Assembly (NCBI GenBank): GCA_030390025.1
Contig: CM059438.1
Location: forward strand, 62,064,001-62,128,000
Source of the DNA: Squalus acanthias
Lineage: Eukaryota
Length of the DNA stretch: 64,000 nucleotides
Direction: 5' to 3'
The notes under the pieces were generated by a model. It was not told the origin of the DNA and made no database searches. It saw only the letters and a program-made list of their open reading frames with translations. This document shows, piece after piece, positions 35,751-47,561 of the stretch. A program made the translations under genes and the position numbers. How positions within the stretch are numbered: position 1 is the stretch's first letter; each line of letters starts with the position of its first letter.

Positions 35751-36583
35751 AGATGGTGTGGTTGACTGTACCGAAGGCTGCAGTGGGATCGAGGACCATG
35801 GTCACAGAGAATGTCATTGTGGTTTAGGTTAGGATGTGTAACAATAGTGCAACAGGAGCAGGTGGAAACAAATGAACAGCAGCTAACAGTAACGCAAGTG
35901 GCTCAGGATTCGAGCACAAAACGGGTACTTTTATTTGACAGATGACCTAAAATCAGAAGAGAATAGGGTTTACCGTTATAATCAAATAGCTGAGGCTCAT
36001 CGAAGGGCCAAATGATCTTCTCCTGCTCCTATTTCTTATGTTCTTATCATAAAGTAAGAAACCCGTCTCCTCCCAGACAGGATTGTCTTGGAGAACCCAG
36101 GTATTTCCAAGGTGGTGTCACACAAGTAGGACCTCTCGCTGCTTTTGTGCCCTTCCCACAAAGGGAAAGACCTTTTCCAGCTATTCCTACTGGCTATCTT
36201 CTATACCCAATACTGGAAAATCTGACTGGGGATTCCCAGAGGACTCAGATTATGGAGTGTCTATTCTCCTGTGATGCAAAATAAAACTCTACTTGAAAAT
36301 CTTGCCTCTGTGAGCAAGTGTGACCCACAAGGTTCACACATCTCTATTTCTGAATTTTTAATGATCCTTAATTCTTACTAAGATTAGTCTAGATTATGGG
36401 GTCAAGTCCAGGAATGAGGTTTGAACTCCGAACCTTCCAACCCAATGAGCCAAACTGATGGTTTGGTTACTCGTGTTTTTCACAGGTATGGTTCATTGGC
36501 CAGAGCTATTGCATGTAACTGGATTTGATTGAGGTTGCGGAGAGTGGACATGTGCTACATTGCTTTTTGTTTAATTTTCAAAG

Positions 36584-36715
36584 GATAATGAGGGAGAAAC
36601 CCAACGTGGTGCTGGCTGTGGCTCACACTGTGGTGAGGAGAATGTCTCCATTTGTGCGACAGATCGACTTTGCCTTAGACTGGATGGCGGTGGAAGCTGG
36701 GCGAGCTGTGTACAG
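36584..36715 (+). CDS. PNPLA7: PNPLA7 coding exon ([43 protein letters not shown](R))
   Basis: ttttcaaag|G...TACAG|gtagga; 132 nt, phase 2-2. Confidence 0.95.
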
Positions 36716-36754
36716 GTAGGAAGGGCAATGTGGATATTTATACACACGATGTTG

Positions 36755-37667
36755 ATGGTTCAGCGGGAAAGTGCACTGCGCGATGTGGGATCGAGCCTAA
36801 CAAGATGGTCCGAGATTCAATCCCTGCTCCCATGTTGAATTAGGTAAACTGAGCCAAGGCAGTGATGGGGGCAAAGCAGTTGGGCCTCTTGGCATCCCTG
36901 GTCTGGGGCGGCTGGAAAAATCGGCCCGGGTCCTAGTTCAAGATCAGTATCCAGTGACCTCTGATGAGGAAGGAAAGAAAGACAGACTTGCATTTATATA
37001 GCGCCTTTCACAACCACCGGACGTCTCAAAGTGCTTTACAGCCAATGAAGTACTTTTGGAGTGTAGTCACTGTTGTAATGTGGGAAATGCGGCAGCCAAT
37101 TTGCACACAGCAAGCTCCCACAAACAGCAATGTGATAATGACCAGATAATCCGTTTTTGTTATGTTGATTGAGGGATAAATATTGGCCAGGAAACCGGGG
37201 ATAACTCCCCTGCTCCTCTTCGAAATAGTGCCTTGGGATCTTTTACGTCCACCTGAGAGAACAGACGGGATCTTGGATTAACGACTCATCCGAAAGACGA
37301 CACCTCCGACGGTGCAGCACTCCCTCAGCACTGCACTGGAGTGTCAGCCTAGATTTATGTGCTCAAGTCTCTGGAGTGGGACTTGAACCCACAACCTTCT
37401 GACTCAGAGGCGAGTGTGCTACCAACTGAGCCACAGCTGACACTGTCGATATGTGAAAGTTGAGCGAGAGCAGGATCTGGCTTGGCTCTCATGTCATGTC
37501 TTCCCTCTTCCAACCCACAAAAGCACATTCCATTAGTATTACAGCACACTCTGTATTGGCTGGCATGTGCACAAAGACCACTCGGGTGAGGTACGGCAAG
37601 GAAGCCAGAGCACGCGGGTTCATACCCCAGCAAGGGCCGGTGATTGCAGGAGATGGGAAGGGAGCGT
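36755..37667 (+). mobile_element. Ancient SINE family C split by a Deu-SINE insertion
   Basis: 5' half ends ATCCAGTGACCTCTG (36963); 3' half resumes ~37445 (GCAGGATCTGGCTTGGCT...CCACTCGGGTGAGGTAC...CCCCAGCAAG). Confidence 0.55.
36968..37443 (-). mobile_element. Full-length Deu-SINE (SacSINE1-like)
   Basis: A/B boxes, Deu core and tail as at 13957. Confidence 0.93.
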
Positions 37668-38114
37668 GAAAAAATAGCAGTGGACATGGTCCACATAGTT
37701 TCTTTTTCAAGGGCCGTGTGCAACCAGTGATTTATTTGTAAGGAATTGTTACTTGAGCTACAGCATAAAGAGCTTGTATTTTATGGAATAGCAGGTACTT
37801 TCATAAAGAGAGTGCACCTGGAAGAAGGTAGTGAGAAGAGATTTATAAGATGGAAAAAGTGGAACATTGGCATTATAAATCAGGAAGTGAGTGATAGTTT
37901 TCTAGCAATGATCAGATACACCCGGGCCAAGTTCTTGCGTCCCCTAAAATATACTTTGACGCAGGGCATGGGGCCCTGAAATATACCCTGATGTAGGGCC
38001 CTCTTTATTTTAATATTTTATAATTCAAGTTGACTATTATTCTAGTAATCAGCAGCCAATTATGACTTAGTCGCATCAGTCATTAATCTTTTGGTAAGGG
38101 TATCATACTGCCTC

Positions 38115-38712
38115 GCCTTGATCAAAATTTGGAAATGTAGTAAACAGCGAGGAGGATAGGAAAAGAATTAAGGAGGACATAGACATACTGCTGAAAAATG
38201 GGTGGACACGTGACCGATGAAATTTAACGTAGAGAAGTGTGAAATGGTTCATTTTGGTAGGAAGAATGAGGAGAGGCAATACAAACTAAATGGTACAATT
38301 TTGAAGGGGTAGCAGGAACAGAGGGACCCAGGGGGGTGAACAGAGGGACCCGGGGGTGTACATGCACCCGTCTTTGAAGGTGACAGGACAAGTTGAGAAG
38401 GCTGTTTAAAAAGGTATACGACGGGATCCTTGGCTTTATAAATAGAGGCATCAAGTACAAAAGCAAGTCATTAATGCTAAACTTTTGGTTTTATAAGGGT
38501 TGGGCCCCAGTTGTTATGATCTGCACTGCCTGAAAGGGCGGTGGAAGCAGATTCAGTAGTAACCTTCAAAGAAAATTGGATAAATACTTGAAGGGGGAAA
38601 ACTTTGCAGGGCCATGGGGAAAGAGCAGAGGAGTGGGACTAATTGGAGAGCTCTTTCAAAGAGCTGGCACAGGCACAGTGGGCTGAATGGCCTCCTGTGC
38701 TGTATGATTCTA
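38115..38712 (+). mobile_element. CR1 3' fragment with internal deletion
   Basis: GAGAAGTGTGAA.TG.TTCATTTTGGTAGGAAGAATGAGG... and a CR1 tail. Confidence 0.85.
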
Positions 38713-39154
38713 AAAAAAACTACCCACAAAACTACCCAACTCTCTCATTTATTGCAAAATAGGTTGGAGTGGATGCAAGTTAGTAACTTCGTTAGCAGGT
38801 TAGAAAGCAGCTACGCTTCATTTTTTTGCTTCATGGTGTCAGAGTGGTGCTCACCGTTGGGTATAATGTGACAAATTTGCCTCAGGTTCAGTGAATGAGC
38901 AGGGGATGGGGGTTCAATCCACCAAGTTATGCAAATCTGGCTGAAGGAAATGTCCTTGTTCCATCTGGTGAAAAGATCGGGGATGGAACAACATAAACAG
39001 ACTCTTCAAAATACTGCACGGCTGCAATAAATGCAGAAGTAACCAGATAATTAACTTAAGTGGTAGCACTAGAAATTTGGGAAGCAGAGAGAGAAAGAGG
39101 AAAAGTTTTCCTACACGGAGTAGTTTATGTGAGAAACAGACTTCCATGAAAGTG

Positions 39155-39608
39155 AAAGAAGGAAGGAAAAAAAACCCTTGCATTTATATAGCACCTTTCA
39201 TGACCTCATGATGTCCCAAAGGACTTTGCAGCCAAGTGTAGTCACTATTGTAATGTATGGAAACTTGGCAGACGATTTGAGCACAGCAAGCTCCCACAGA
39301 AATGTGATAACGACCAAATAATATGTTTGTGATGTTGATTTGAGGGATAAATATTGACCAGGAAACCGGGGAGAATTCCCCAGCTCATCAATATAATGCA
39401 ATGGAATCTTTTACGTCCACCTGAGAGGGCAGACGGGGCCTCGGTTTAATGTCTCATCCAAAAGACGGCACCTCTGACAGTGCAGCACTCCCTCAGTACT
39501 GCACTGGCGTGTCAGCGTGGATTATGTGCTCGTGTCTCTGGAGTGGGACTTGAACCCACGATCTGCTGACTCAGGCGAGAGTGCTACTAACTGAGCCACG
39601 GCTGACAT
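39155..39608 (-). mobile_element. Full-length Deu-SINE (SacSINE1-like)
   Basis: A/B boxes, Deu core and tail. Confidence 0.92.
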
Positions 39609-40092
39609 CTGAAGGATAGTTAATGATGGGCTCCATCAAAAATGAACTTAATAAATCTCGGTGTTCGCAGTGCTCTAACTAATAGTGTTTGTTAGAAAGT
39701 ATTGACTGCACTGTCAGACTAGAGGAAAATAAGCTGGCAAGTCGGTGCTACCAACAGTCTGACGTCTGAGCCTGACTGACGGATCCACTGGGCGGGCTGG
39801 AGGAGAGAGTCAGTATCCTGGCTGTAACTCATATTTTGATAGAAAAATGTTCATTGTGTTCATATAAATATAGTCTACTCCTGTTAATGCCACGTTATTT
39901 TTTGTGCTAAAAATGAATTATCCAATAATGTGAACTAAACAAATGGAATAAAACAGCACTGGAGACTCGATTGACATTATCCTCAGCACGCAGAGTGCAC
40001 ATTTGTTTGCATTAGTTGGCTCCACATGGCCAGCAAATACCTCGTTCTCCAGATGACCGCAATAATGACTGTGATCTGTGGTTCTTTCACAG

Positions 40093-40216
40093 GCAGGGGG
40101 ACCGATCAGACTGCACGTTTATTGTATTGAATGGTCGACTCCGATCAGTCATCATGAGGGATGATAAGAAGAAAGAGCTAGCAGGAGAATATGGCCGTGG
40201 AGACCTCATTGGAGTG
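40093..40216 (+). CDS. PNPLA7: PNPLA7 coding exon ([41 protein letters not shown]), cNMP-binding domain 3
   Basis: tttcacag|G...GTG|gttcgt; 124 nt, phase 2-0. Confidence 0.93.
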
Positions 40217-40474
40217 GTTCGTAGTAAAGCATTGTACGGTCCTGTTACGTATATAGGATGTTTGGTGATATTCTGACTTGCTAAACACTGTGTTCACCTG
40301 AGCAGTGCAGCTGGGATCAGAAATGGTGCTTGTAATTCTGAGGACGTTGGATTAGGTAGTATGGTCTTGCATCCTTGCCCAAGAAGTGGCATTGGGTGGG
40401 GCAAGTGGTTTGGCAGAGTGTGACACTCCACAACAGATCCTGCGGATTTTCTTACTTACCACGTGACTTATACA

Positions 40475-40950
40475 CTAGGACCACATCCCTAGCCAAAGTC
40501 ACGAATGACATCCTTTGCAACTGTGATGCATTAATCCTGCTCTACCTTTCTATAGCGTGCGATACGGTTCACCACACCATCCTCCACCAATGCCTTTCCT
40601 CCATCTTTGAACTCCATGGGACTGGCCTCTTGCGTGCGTCTGTTCCCACCTATCCAAATGCAGTCAGTACATCTCCAGCAATGGTTTCCCTTCCCTACCC
40701 CACATCATCATCTCCAAGGTTCCCCATGGATCTATCTTTGGTCCTCCTGTCTGTCTTATCTGCACGATGTTCCTCTGCAGTGTCAGCTTTCACATGCACA
40801 CTGATGATGCGCAGCTTACCCTCTTCCTCCAAGTTTCTTGACCCGCTTGACTGCAATTGTGTTGGGAGGCTGCTTATCTGGCATCCAACTCCTGAATGAG
40901 TCACAACTTGCTGCAGCTCAACATTGTTCTTCAGCCCCTTTCACAAGCTC
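40475..40950 (+). mobile_element. Old L2 RT fragment
   Basis: LAKVTNDILCNCD..LILL.LS.A.DTV.H..L decayed RT motif. Confidence 0.7.
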
Positions 40951-41171
40951 CACCTGCTGTCACACATTTTTAATATAGATACGGTTGATAAATTAAAACA
41001 CTTAATTTTCCTGTTTCTCATGCCTAAGTCTTGTCATGATTTAGTGATGTTTTTCTAACAATAATAATGTCCACAGTATGGCAGGGGGATGGGCACCAGG
41101 ATGTAGCATTAGAAAGGAGAAACAAAGGGCACAAAGGATTGGGAGAGACGGATAGCACTAAAGCAAGAAAT

Positions 41172-41450
41172 AGTAGAATCATCGAATGGTCACAGCACGG
41201 AAGAAGGCCATTCGGCCCGTCAAGCCTGTGCCGACTCTCAGCTAGTCCCACTCCCCCATCCTTTCCCTGTAGCCCTGCAAATTTTTTTCTTTCAGATACT
41301 TATCCAACTCCCTTTTGAAAGATAAAATTGAATCTGCCTCCACCACCCTTTCAGGCAGTGCATTCCAGATCTTAACCACTCACTGCGTAAAAAAGTTTTT
41401 TCTTACGTCGCCTTTGATTCTTTTGCCAATCACCTTAAATCTGTGTCCTT
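41172..41450 (-). mobile_element. CR1 3' end, inverted relative to the adjacent CR1 body
   Basis: Reverse complement closely matches 63355-63655. Confidence 0.88.
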
Positions 41451-43107
41451 GAGTAATGAAGTAAGGTATTAGGTGGGGTCAGACTAAGAGCGAACACAGG
41501 ATGGTCTAAGATAGGTTTACAGTGTATGTATGTGAACGCACGAAACATAGTAAACAAGGTTGGTGAGCTGCAGGTGCAAATAGCCACTTGGGAATATGAT
41601 GTCGTGGCAATAATGAAGACCTGGCTCAACAAAGGGCAGGATTGGGTATTAAATATTCCTGGATATAAAGTATTCAGGAAAGATAGGGAAAGAAAGAAAG
41701 GAGGTGGGCTGGCAGTATTGGTTAAGGAGAATGTTACAATGCTGGAGAGAGAGATTGTCCTGGAGGGGTCAAGGACAGAATCTACATGGCTAGAGTTAAA
41801 AAATAATAGAGGTGCCAATACATGACCAGGTGCATTCTATAGACCACCAACTAGTGGGAAAAATATGGAGGAGCAAATTTGCAGAGAAATTACAGAGAGA
41901 TGCAAGAACTATAGAGTAGTGATAATGGGGGACTTCAACTATCCTAATAGAGACTGGGATAGTAATAGTGTAAAGGGCAGGGAGGGGGAAGAATTTCTGA
42001 AGTGTGTTCTGGAGAGCTTTCTTGATCACGTTTCCAGCCCAACAAGGAAGGAGGCATTGCTGGATCTGGTTCTGGGGAATGAAGTGGGTCAAGTGGAGCA
42101 AGTGTCAGTAGGTGAACATTTAGGGAACAGTGATCATAGTATCATAGAAACATAGAAGATAGGAGCAGGAGTAGGCCATTCGGCCCCTCGAGCCTGTTCC
42201 GCCATTTAATGAGATCACGGCTGATCATCCAAATTCAGTACCCTGTCCCTGCTTTCTCCCCATATCCCTTGATCCCTTTAGCCTTAAGAAATATATCTAA
42301 CTCCTTCTTGAATATATTTAATGAATTGGCCTCAACTGCCTTCTGTGGTAGAGAATTCCACAGGTTCACCACTCTGGGTGAAGAAATTCCTCCTCATTTC
42401 AGTCCTAAATGGCTTACCCCTTATCCTTAGACTGTGACCCCTGGTTCTGGACTCCCCCGCCATCAGGAACATCCTTCCTGCATCTAGTCTGTCTAGTCCT
42501 GTTAGAATTTTATAAGTTTCAATGAGATCCCCTCTTATTCTTCTAAACTCTAGCGAATACAAGCCCAATCGACCCAATCTCTCTTCATACGTCATTCCTG
42601 CCATCCCAGGTATCAGTCTGGTGAATCTTCGCTGCACTCCCTCCATGGCAAGAACATCCTTCCTCAGATAAGGTGACCAAAACTGCACACAATACTCAAG
42701 GTGTGGTCTCACCAAGGCCCTGTACAACTGCAGCAAGATATCCTTGCTCCTGTACTCGAATCCTCTCACTATGAAGGCCAACATACCATTTGCCGCCTTA
42801 ACCGCCTGCTGCACCTGCATGCTTACCTTCAGCGACTGGTGCACAAGGACACCCAGGTCTCGTTGCACTTCCCCTTTTCCCAATCTATTGCCGTTCAGAT
42901 AATAATCTGCCTTCCTGTTTTTGCCACCAAAGTGGATAACCTCGCATTTATCCACATTATACTGCATCTTCCACGCATCTGCCCAATCACCCAACCTGTC
43001 CAAATCATACTGGAGTTTCTCTGCATCCACCTCACAGCACACATGCCCACCCAGCTTTGTGGCGTCTGCAAACTTGGAGATATTACATCTAGTTCCCTCG
43101 TCTAGAT

Positions 43108-43286
43108 CAGCGGTTCCCAACCTCTTCCTTTATGCGGACCACTACATCGTCATCAAAAGCTTTTGCGGACCACTAGCCATTTAAAACATTTTTAACATCG
43201 CCTATGGCTGCCTATTACATTATCATATTTTTTTTTTCCACGGACCACCTGCAGTACCCTCGCGGACCACAGGTTGGGAACCGCTG
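43108..43286. mobile_element. hAT (Charlie-like) MITE inserted in the CR1 RT
   Basis: Perfect 16-bp TIR CAGCGGTTCCCAACCT and 8-bp TSD GTCTAGAT (43100-43107 and 43287-43294). Confidence 0.96.
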
Positions 43287-44060
43287 GTCTAGATCATTAA
43301 TATATATTGTGAATAACTGGGGTCCTAGCACCGATCCCTGCGGTACCCCACTAGTCACTGCCTGCCACTCGGAAAAAGACCCGTTTATTCCAACTCTTTG
43401 CTTCCTGTCTGCCAACCAGTTCTCTTATCCAAGTCAGTACCTTACCCCCAATCCCATGTGCTTTAACTTTACATGCTAATCTCTTATGCGGGACCTTATC
43501 GAAAGCCTTCTGAAAGTTCAAATACAACACATCCACTGGTTCTCCCTTATCTATTCTACCAGTTACATCCTCAAAAAATTCCAGTAGATTAGTCAAGCAT
43601 GATTTACCTTTTGTAAATCCATGTTGACTTTGTCCGATCCTGTCACTGTTTTCCAAGTGCTCTGCTATTACATCTTATATAATGGACTCTACCATTTTCC
43701 CCACTACCGATGTCAGGCTTACCGATCTATAATTCCCCATTTTCTCTCTACCACCTTTTTTAAATAGTGGGGTTATATTAGCTACCCTCCAATCCATGGG
43801 AACTGTTCCAGAGTCTCTAGAATTTTGGAAGATGACCAGCAATGCATCTACTATTTCTAGGGCCACTTCCTTAAGTACCCTAGGATGTAGATTATCAGGC
43901 CCTGGGGATTTATTGGCCTTCAATCCCGTCAATTTCCCTAACACCATTTCCCTACAAATACTGATTTCTTTCAGTTCCTCCCTCTCATTAGACCCTATGT
44001 TCCCCGACATCTCGGAGGTTATTTGTGTCCTCCTTTGTGAAGACAGTACCAAAGTATGTA

Positions 44061-44169
44061 CCAAAGTTCTGACGAATGGTTTTGACCTGAAACGTTAACT
44101 CTGTTTCTCTCTCCACTGATGTTGCCTGGCCTGCTGAGTTTTTCCAGCATCCGCAGTATTTTGCTATCG
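44061..44169 (+). mobile_element. Short Penelope-type element with a minimal hammerhead ribozyme motif
   Basis: AGTT-CTGACGA-ATGGTTTTGACCT-GAAAC-GTT-AACT; 11-bp TSD CAAAGTATGTA. Confidence 0.75.
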
Positions 44170-45519
44170 CAAAGTATGTATTTAATTGGTCTGCCATTTC
44201 TTTGTTCCCCATTATAAAATCCCCTGATTCTGACTGCAAGGGGCCTACGCTTGACTTCACCAATCTTTTTCTCTTCACATATCTATAGAAGCTTTTACAG
44301 TCAGTTTTTATGTTCCCTGCAAGCTTACTCTCGTACTCTATTTCCCCCCTCTTAATTAATCCCTTTGTCCTCCTTTGCTGAATCCTAAACTGCTCCCAAT
44401 CCTCAAGTTTGCTGCTTTTTCTGGCCAAGTTATATGTCCTCTCCTTGGATCTTATGTTATCCCTAATTTCCCTTGTTAGCCACGGTTGAGTCACCTTTTT
44501 TGTTTTATTTTTATGCCAAACAGGGATGAACAAATTCTGTAGTTCATCCATGCGATCTTTAAATGTTTGCCATTGCCTATCCACCGTCAACCCTTTAAGT
44601 AACGCTACCCAATCCATCCTAGCCAACTCGCGCCTCATACCATTGTCGTTTCCTTTATTTAAATTCAGGACCCTAGTCTCTGAGTCATCAACTTCACTCT
44701 CCATCTGAATGAAGAATTCTGTCTTATGATCGCTCCTCCCCAAGGGGCCTCGCACAACAAGATTGCTAATTAATCCTTTCTCATTACATAATACCCAGTC
44801 TAAGATGGCCTGATCTCTAGTTGGTTCCTCGACATATTGGTCCAGGAAACCATCCCGTATACACTCTAGGAATTCCTCCTCCACAGTATTGTTACTAATT
44901 TGGTTAACCCAATCTATATGTCGATTAAAATCACCCATGATAACTGCTGTGCCCTTATTGCACGTGTCTCTAATTTCCCATTTAATGCCATCCCCAACCT
45001 CAGCATTATTGTTTGGGGGTCTGTATACAACTCCCACTAACGCTTTCTGCCCCATGGTATTTCTCAGCCCTACCCATACAGATTCCACATCATCAGAGCT
45101 AATATCCTTCCTTACTATTGTGTTAATCTCCTCTTTAACCAGCAATGCTACCCCACCTCCTTTTCCTTTTTGCCCGTCTTTCCTGAATATTGAATACCCC
45201 TGGATGTTGAATTCCCAGCCTTGGTCACCCTGGAGCCATGTCTCCGTAATCCCAATTATATCACTTCCGTTTACATCTATTTGCGCAGCTAATTCATCCA
45301 CCTTATTACGAATGCTCCTCGCATTAAGACACACAGCCTGTAGGCTTGTTTTTTTAACACTCTTAGACCTTTTAGAATTATTATTTACTGTGGCCATGTT
45401 TGATTTACACCCTTGATTTCTCTGACTGCCACTTTTGCTTTTCTCCTTCCTGTCTTTTGCTTCTATCCTTGCTTCCCTTTCCTCTGTCTCCCTGCACGGG
45501 TTCCCAACCCCCTGCCATT

Positions 45520-46324
45520 TTAGTTTAAACCCTCCCCAACAGCACTAGCAAACACTCCCCCTAGGACATCGGTCCTGGTCCTGCCCAGGTGCAAACCGTC
45601 CAGTTTGTACTGGTCCCACCTCCCCCAGAACCGGTTCCAGTGTCCCAGGAATTTGAATCCCTCCCCCTTGCACCATTTCTCTAGCCACGTATTCATCTGA
45701 AATATCCTTCTATTTCTACTCTGACTAGCACGTGGCACTGGTAGCAATCCTGAGATTACTACCTTTTGAGGTCCTATTTTTTAATTTACCTCCTAACTCC
45801 CTATATTCAGCTTTTAGGACCTCATCCCGTTTTTTACCTATATCGTTGGTACCTATATGCACCACGACAACTGGCTGTTCACCCTCCCCCTCCAGAATGC
45901 CCTGCAGCCGCTCCGAGCCATTCTTGACCCTTGCACCAGGGAGGCAACATACCATCTTGGAGTCTCGTTTGCGGCCGCAGAAACGCCTATCTAGTCCCCT
46001 TACAATAGAATCCCCTATCACTATAGCTCTCCCGCTCTTTTTCCTCCCCTCCTGTGTAGCCGAACCACCCATGGTGCCAGGAAGTTGGCTGCTGCTGCCT
46101 TCCCCCGATAAGCCATCTCCCTCAACAATATCCAAAGCGGTATATCTGTTTGAGAGGGGGATGGCCACAGGGGACCCCTGCACTACCTGCCTGCGCCTAC
46201 TACTCTGCCTGGCGGTCACCCATTCCCTTCCTGCCTGTGCAGCCTTTACCTGCGGTGTGACCAACTCATTAAACGTGCTATCCACGACGTCCTCAGCATC
46301 GCGAATGCTCCAGTGTGTATCCAT
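45520..46324 (-). pseudogene. CR1 ORF1, SGNH esterase-like domain, frameshifted
   Basis: VIGDSIVRG, CCLPGA, VVVHIGTNDI and DGLHL blocks. Confidence 0.9.
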
Positions 46325-46461
46325 TCACAGCTCCAGTGCCGCAATGCTTAGATTAGCTATGGAAAAGGACGGAGCAACCTAGAGTAAAAATACTTAATTG
46401 GAGGAAGGCCAATTTCAGTGGGATGAGAACAGATCTGGCCCAGATAAATTGGAATCAAAGA

Positions 46462-46650
46462 TTTTTTTTAATTATTCGTGCATGGGATGTGTGCGTCACT
46501 GGCAAGGCCAGCATTTATCTCCATCCCTAATTGTCCTTGAGAAGGTGGTGGTGAGCTGCCTTCTTGAACCCCTGCAGTCCGTGTGGTGAAGGTAATCCCA
46601 CAGTGCTGTTAGGGAAGGTGTTCCAGGATTTTGACCCAGCGACGATGAAG
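46462..46650 (-). mobile_element. LINE family B 3' tail nested in CR1
   Basis: Poly-T + CATGGGATGTG..GTCACTGGCAAGGCCAGCATTTAT...GACGATG; flanked by AAGATT. Confidence 0.88.
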
Positions 46651-46890
46651 ATTGGCATGCTTCCATCTGTAGTGGAACAATGGGCTGCCTTTAAAGAGGA
46701 AATAGTTTGGGTACAGTCGAGGCACATTTCCACCAGGGGGAAAGATAGGGATACTAAAGTCAGAGCTCCCTGGATGATGAAAGAGATAGAGAGTAAGATG
46801 AAGCAGAAAAAGAGCACTTATGACAGATGTCAGGTTGAGAATACATCTGAGAATAAGGCTAAATATAGAAAGTTCAGAGGAGAAGTGAAA

Positions 46891-47352
46891 AAGATTTGCA
46901 AGGATGATTCCAGGAATGCGAGGTTATACCTATCGGGAAAGGATGAACAAGCTGGGTCTCTTTTCTCTTGTAAAGAGAAGGCTGAGGTGTGACCTAATAG
47001 AGGTCTTTAAAATTATGAAAGATATTGATAGAGTAGACACAGAGAGCGTGTTTCCACTTCTGGGGAAGGGCAAAACTAGAGGCCATCAATATAAGATTGT
47101 TGCCAAGAAATCAAATAGGGAATTCAGAAGAAACTTCTTTACCCAAAGAGTGGTGAGAATGTGGAACTTGCTACCACAGGGAGTGGTTGAGGCAAAAAGT
47201 ATAGATGTATTTAAAGGGAGGCTAGATAAGCATATGAGGGAGAAGGGAATAGAGGGTTATGCTGATAGTTAGATGAGGGAGAATAGGAAGAGGCTCGAGT
47301 GGAGTATAAACGTTGCATGGACTGGCCTGTTTCTGTGCTGCATATTCTATGT
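46891..47352 (+). mobile_element. CR1 3' end (same subfamily as the 5743-6200 tail)
   Basis: MIPGMRGY...RNFFTQRVVRMWNLLPQ...HMREKGIEGYAD. Confidence 0.9.
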
Positions 47353-47561
47353 AAAGCTGTTTTGTTAGTGTTTGCCTCCACTACCTTCCTGTCAATCCAT
47401 TGAAGCTGCCTGTATGCAAAAAAAAAATACGTCCTGCCGTCTGTTCTTAACTTTCCCTTCAATTCCTAAACTTGCGCAATGCTCTAAGGGAGCCAGTGAC
47501 TGACTGAGTATTTGCCAACTGCAGTGCTTTGGGAGTGGCAGGTCAGTGTTAGGAGATTAGT

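Larger units (their letters stand above)
11210..40216 (+). other. PNPLA7: Internal part of a multi-exon patatin-like phospholipase (NTE family) gene; 7 coding exons in the window, gene continues beyond both window ends
   Basis: Seven AG/GT-bounded exons splice in one frame (intron phases 1,0,0,0,2,2) giving ...SDMNMAYERAR...AAKKDLLTLMKLDDPLLLDGRVTL...[21 protein letters not shown]...[13 protein letters not shown]...[42 protein letters not shown]...[11 protein letters not shown]. Residues such as [21 protein letters not shown] and QIDFAL favour PNPLA7 over PNPLA6 (from recalled sequences). Confidence 0.88.
42332..45397 (-). pseudogene. CR1 ORF2 (APE endonuclease + reverse transcriptase), disrupted
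   Basis: [62 protein letters not shown]; frameshifts and two insertions. Confidence 0.93.
42146..46342 (-). mobile_element. Near full-length CR1 LINE (ORF1 esterase + ORF2 EN/RT)
   Basis: ORF1 and ORF2 fragments plus a (GAAACATA)-type 3' tail. Confidence 0.96.
41451..46890 (+). mobile_element. CR1 ORF2 5' part (41451-42145 and 46343-46890) split by a nested CR1
   Basis: YVNARNIVNK...VIMGDFNYP...GNSDHSII | LRLAMEKD; the halves are contiguous in the paralogue at 61076-61800. Confidence 0.9.
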
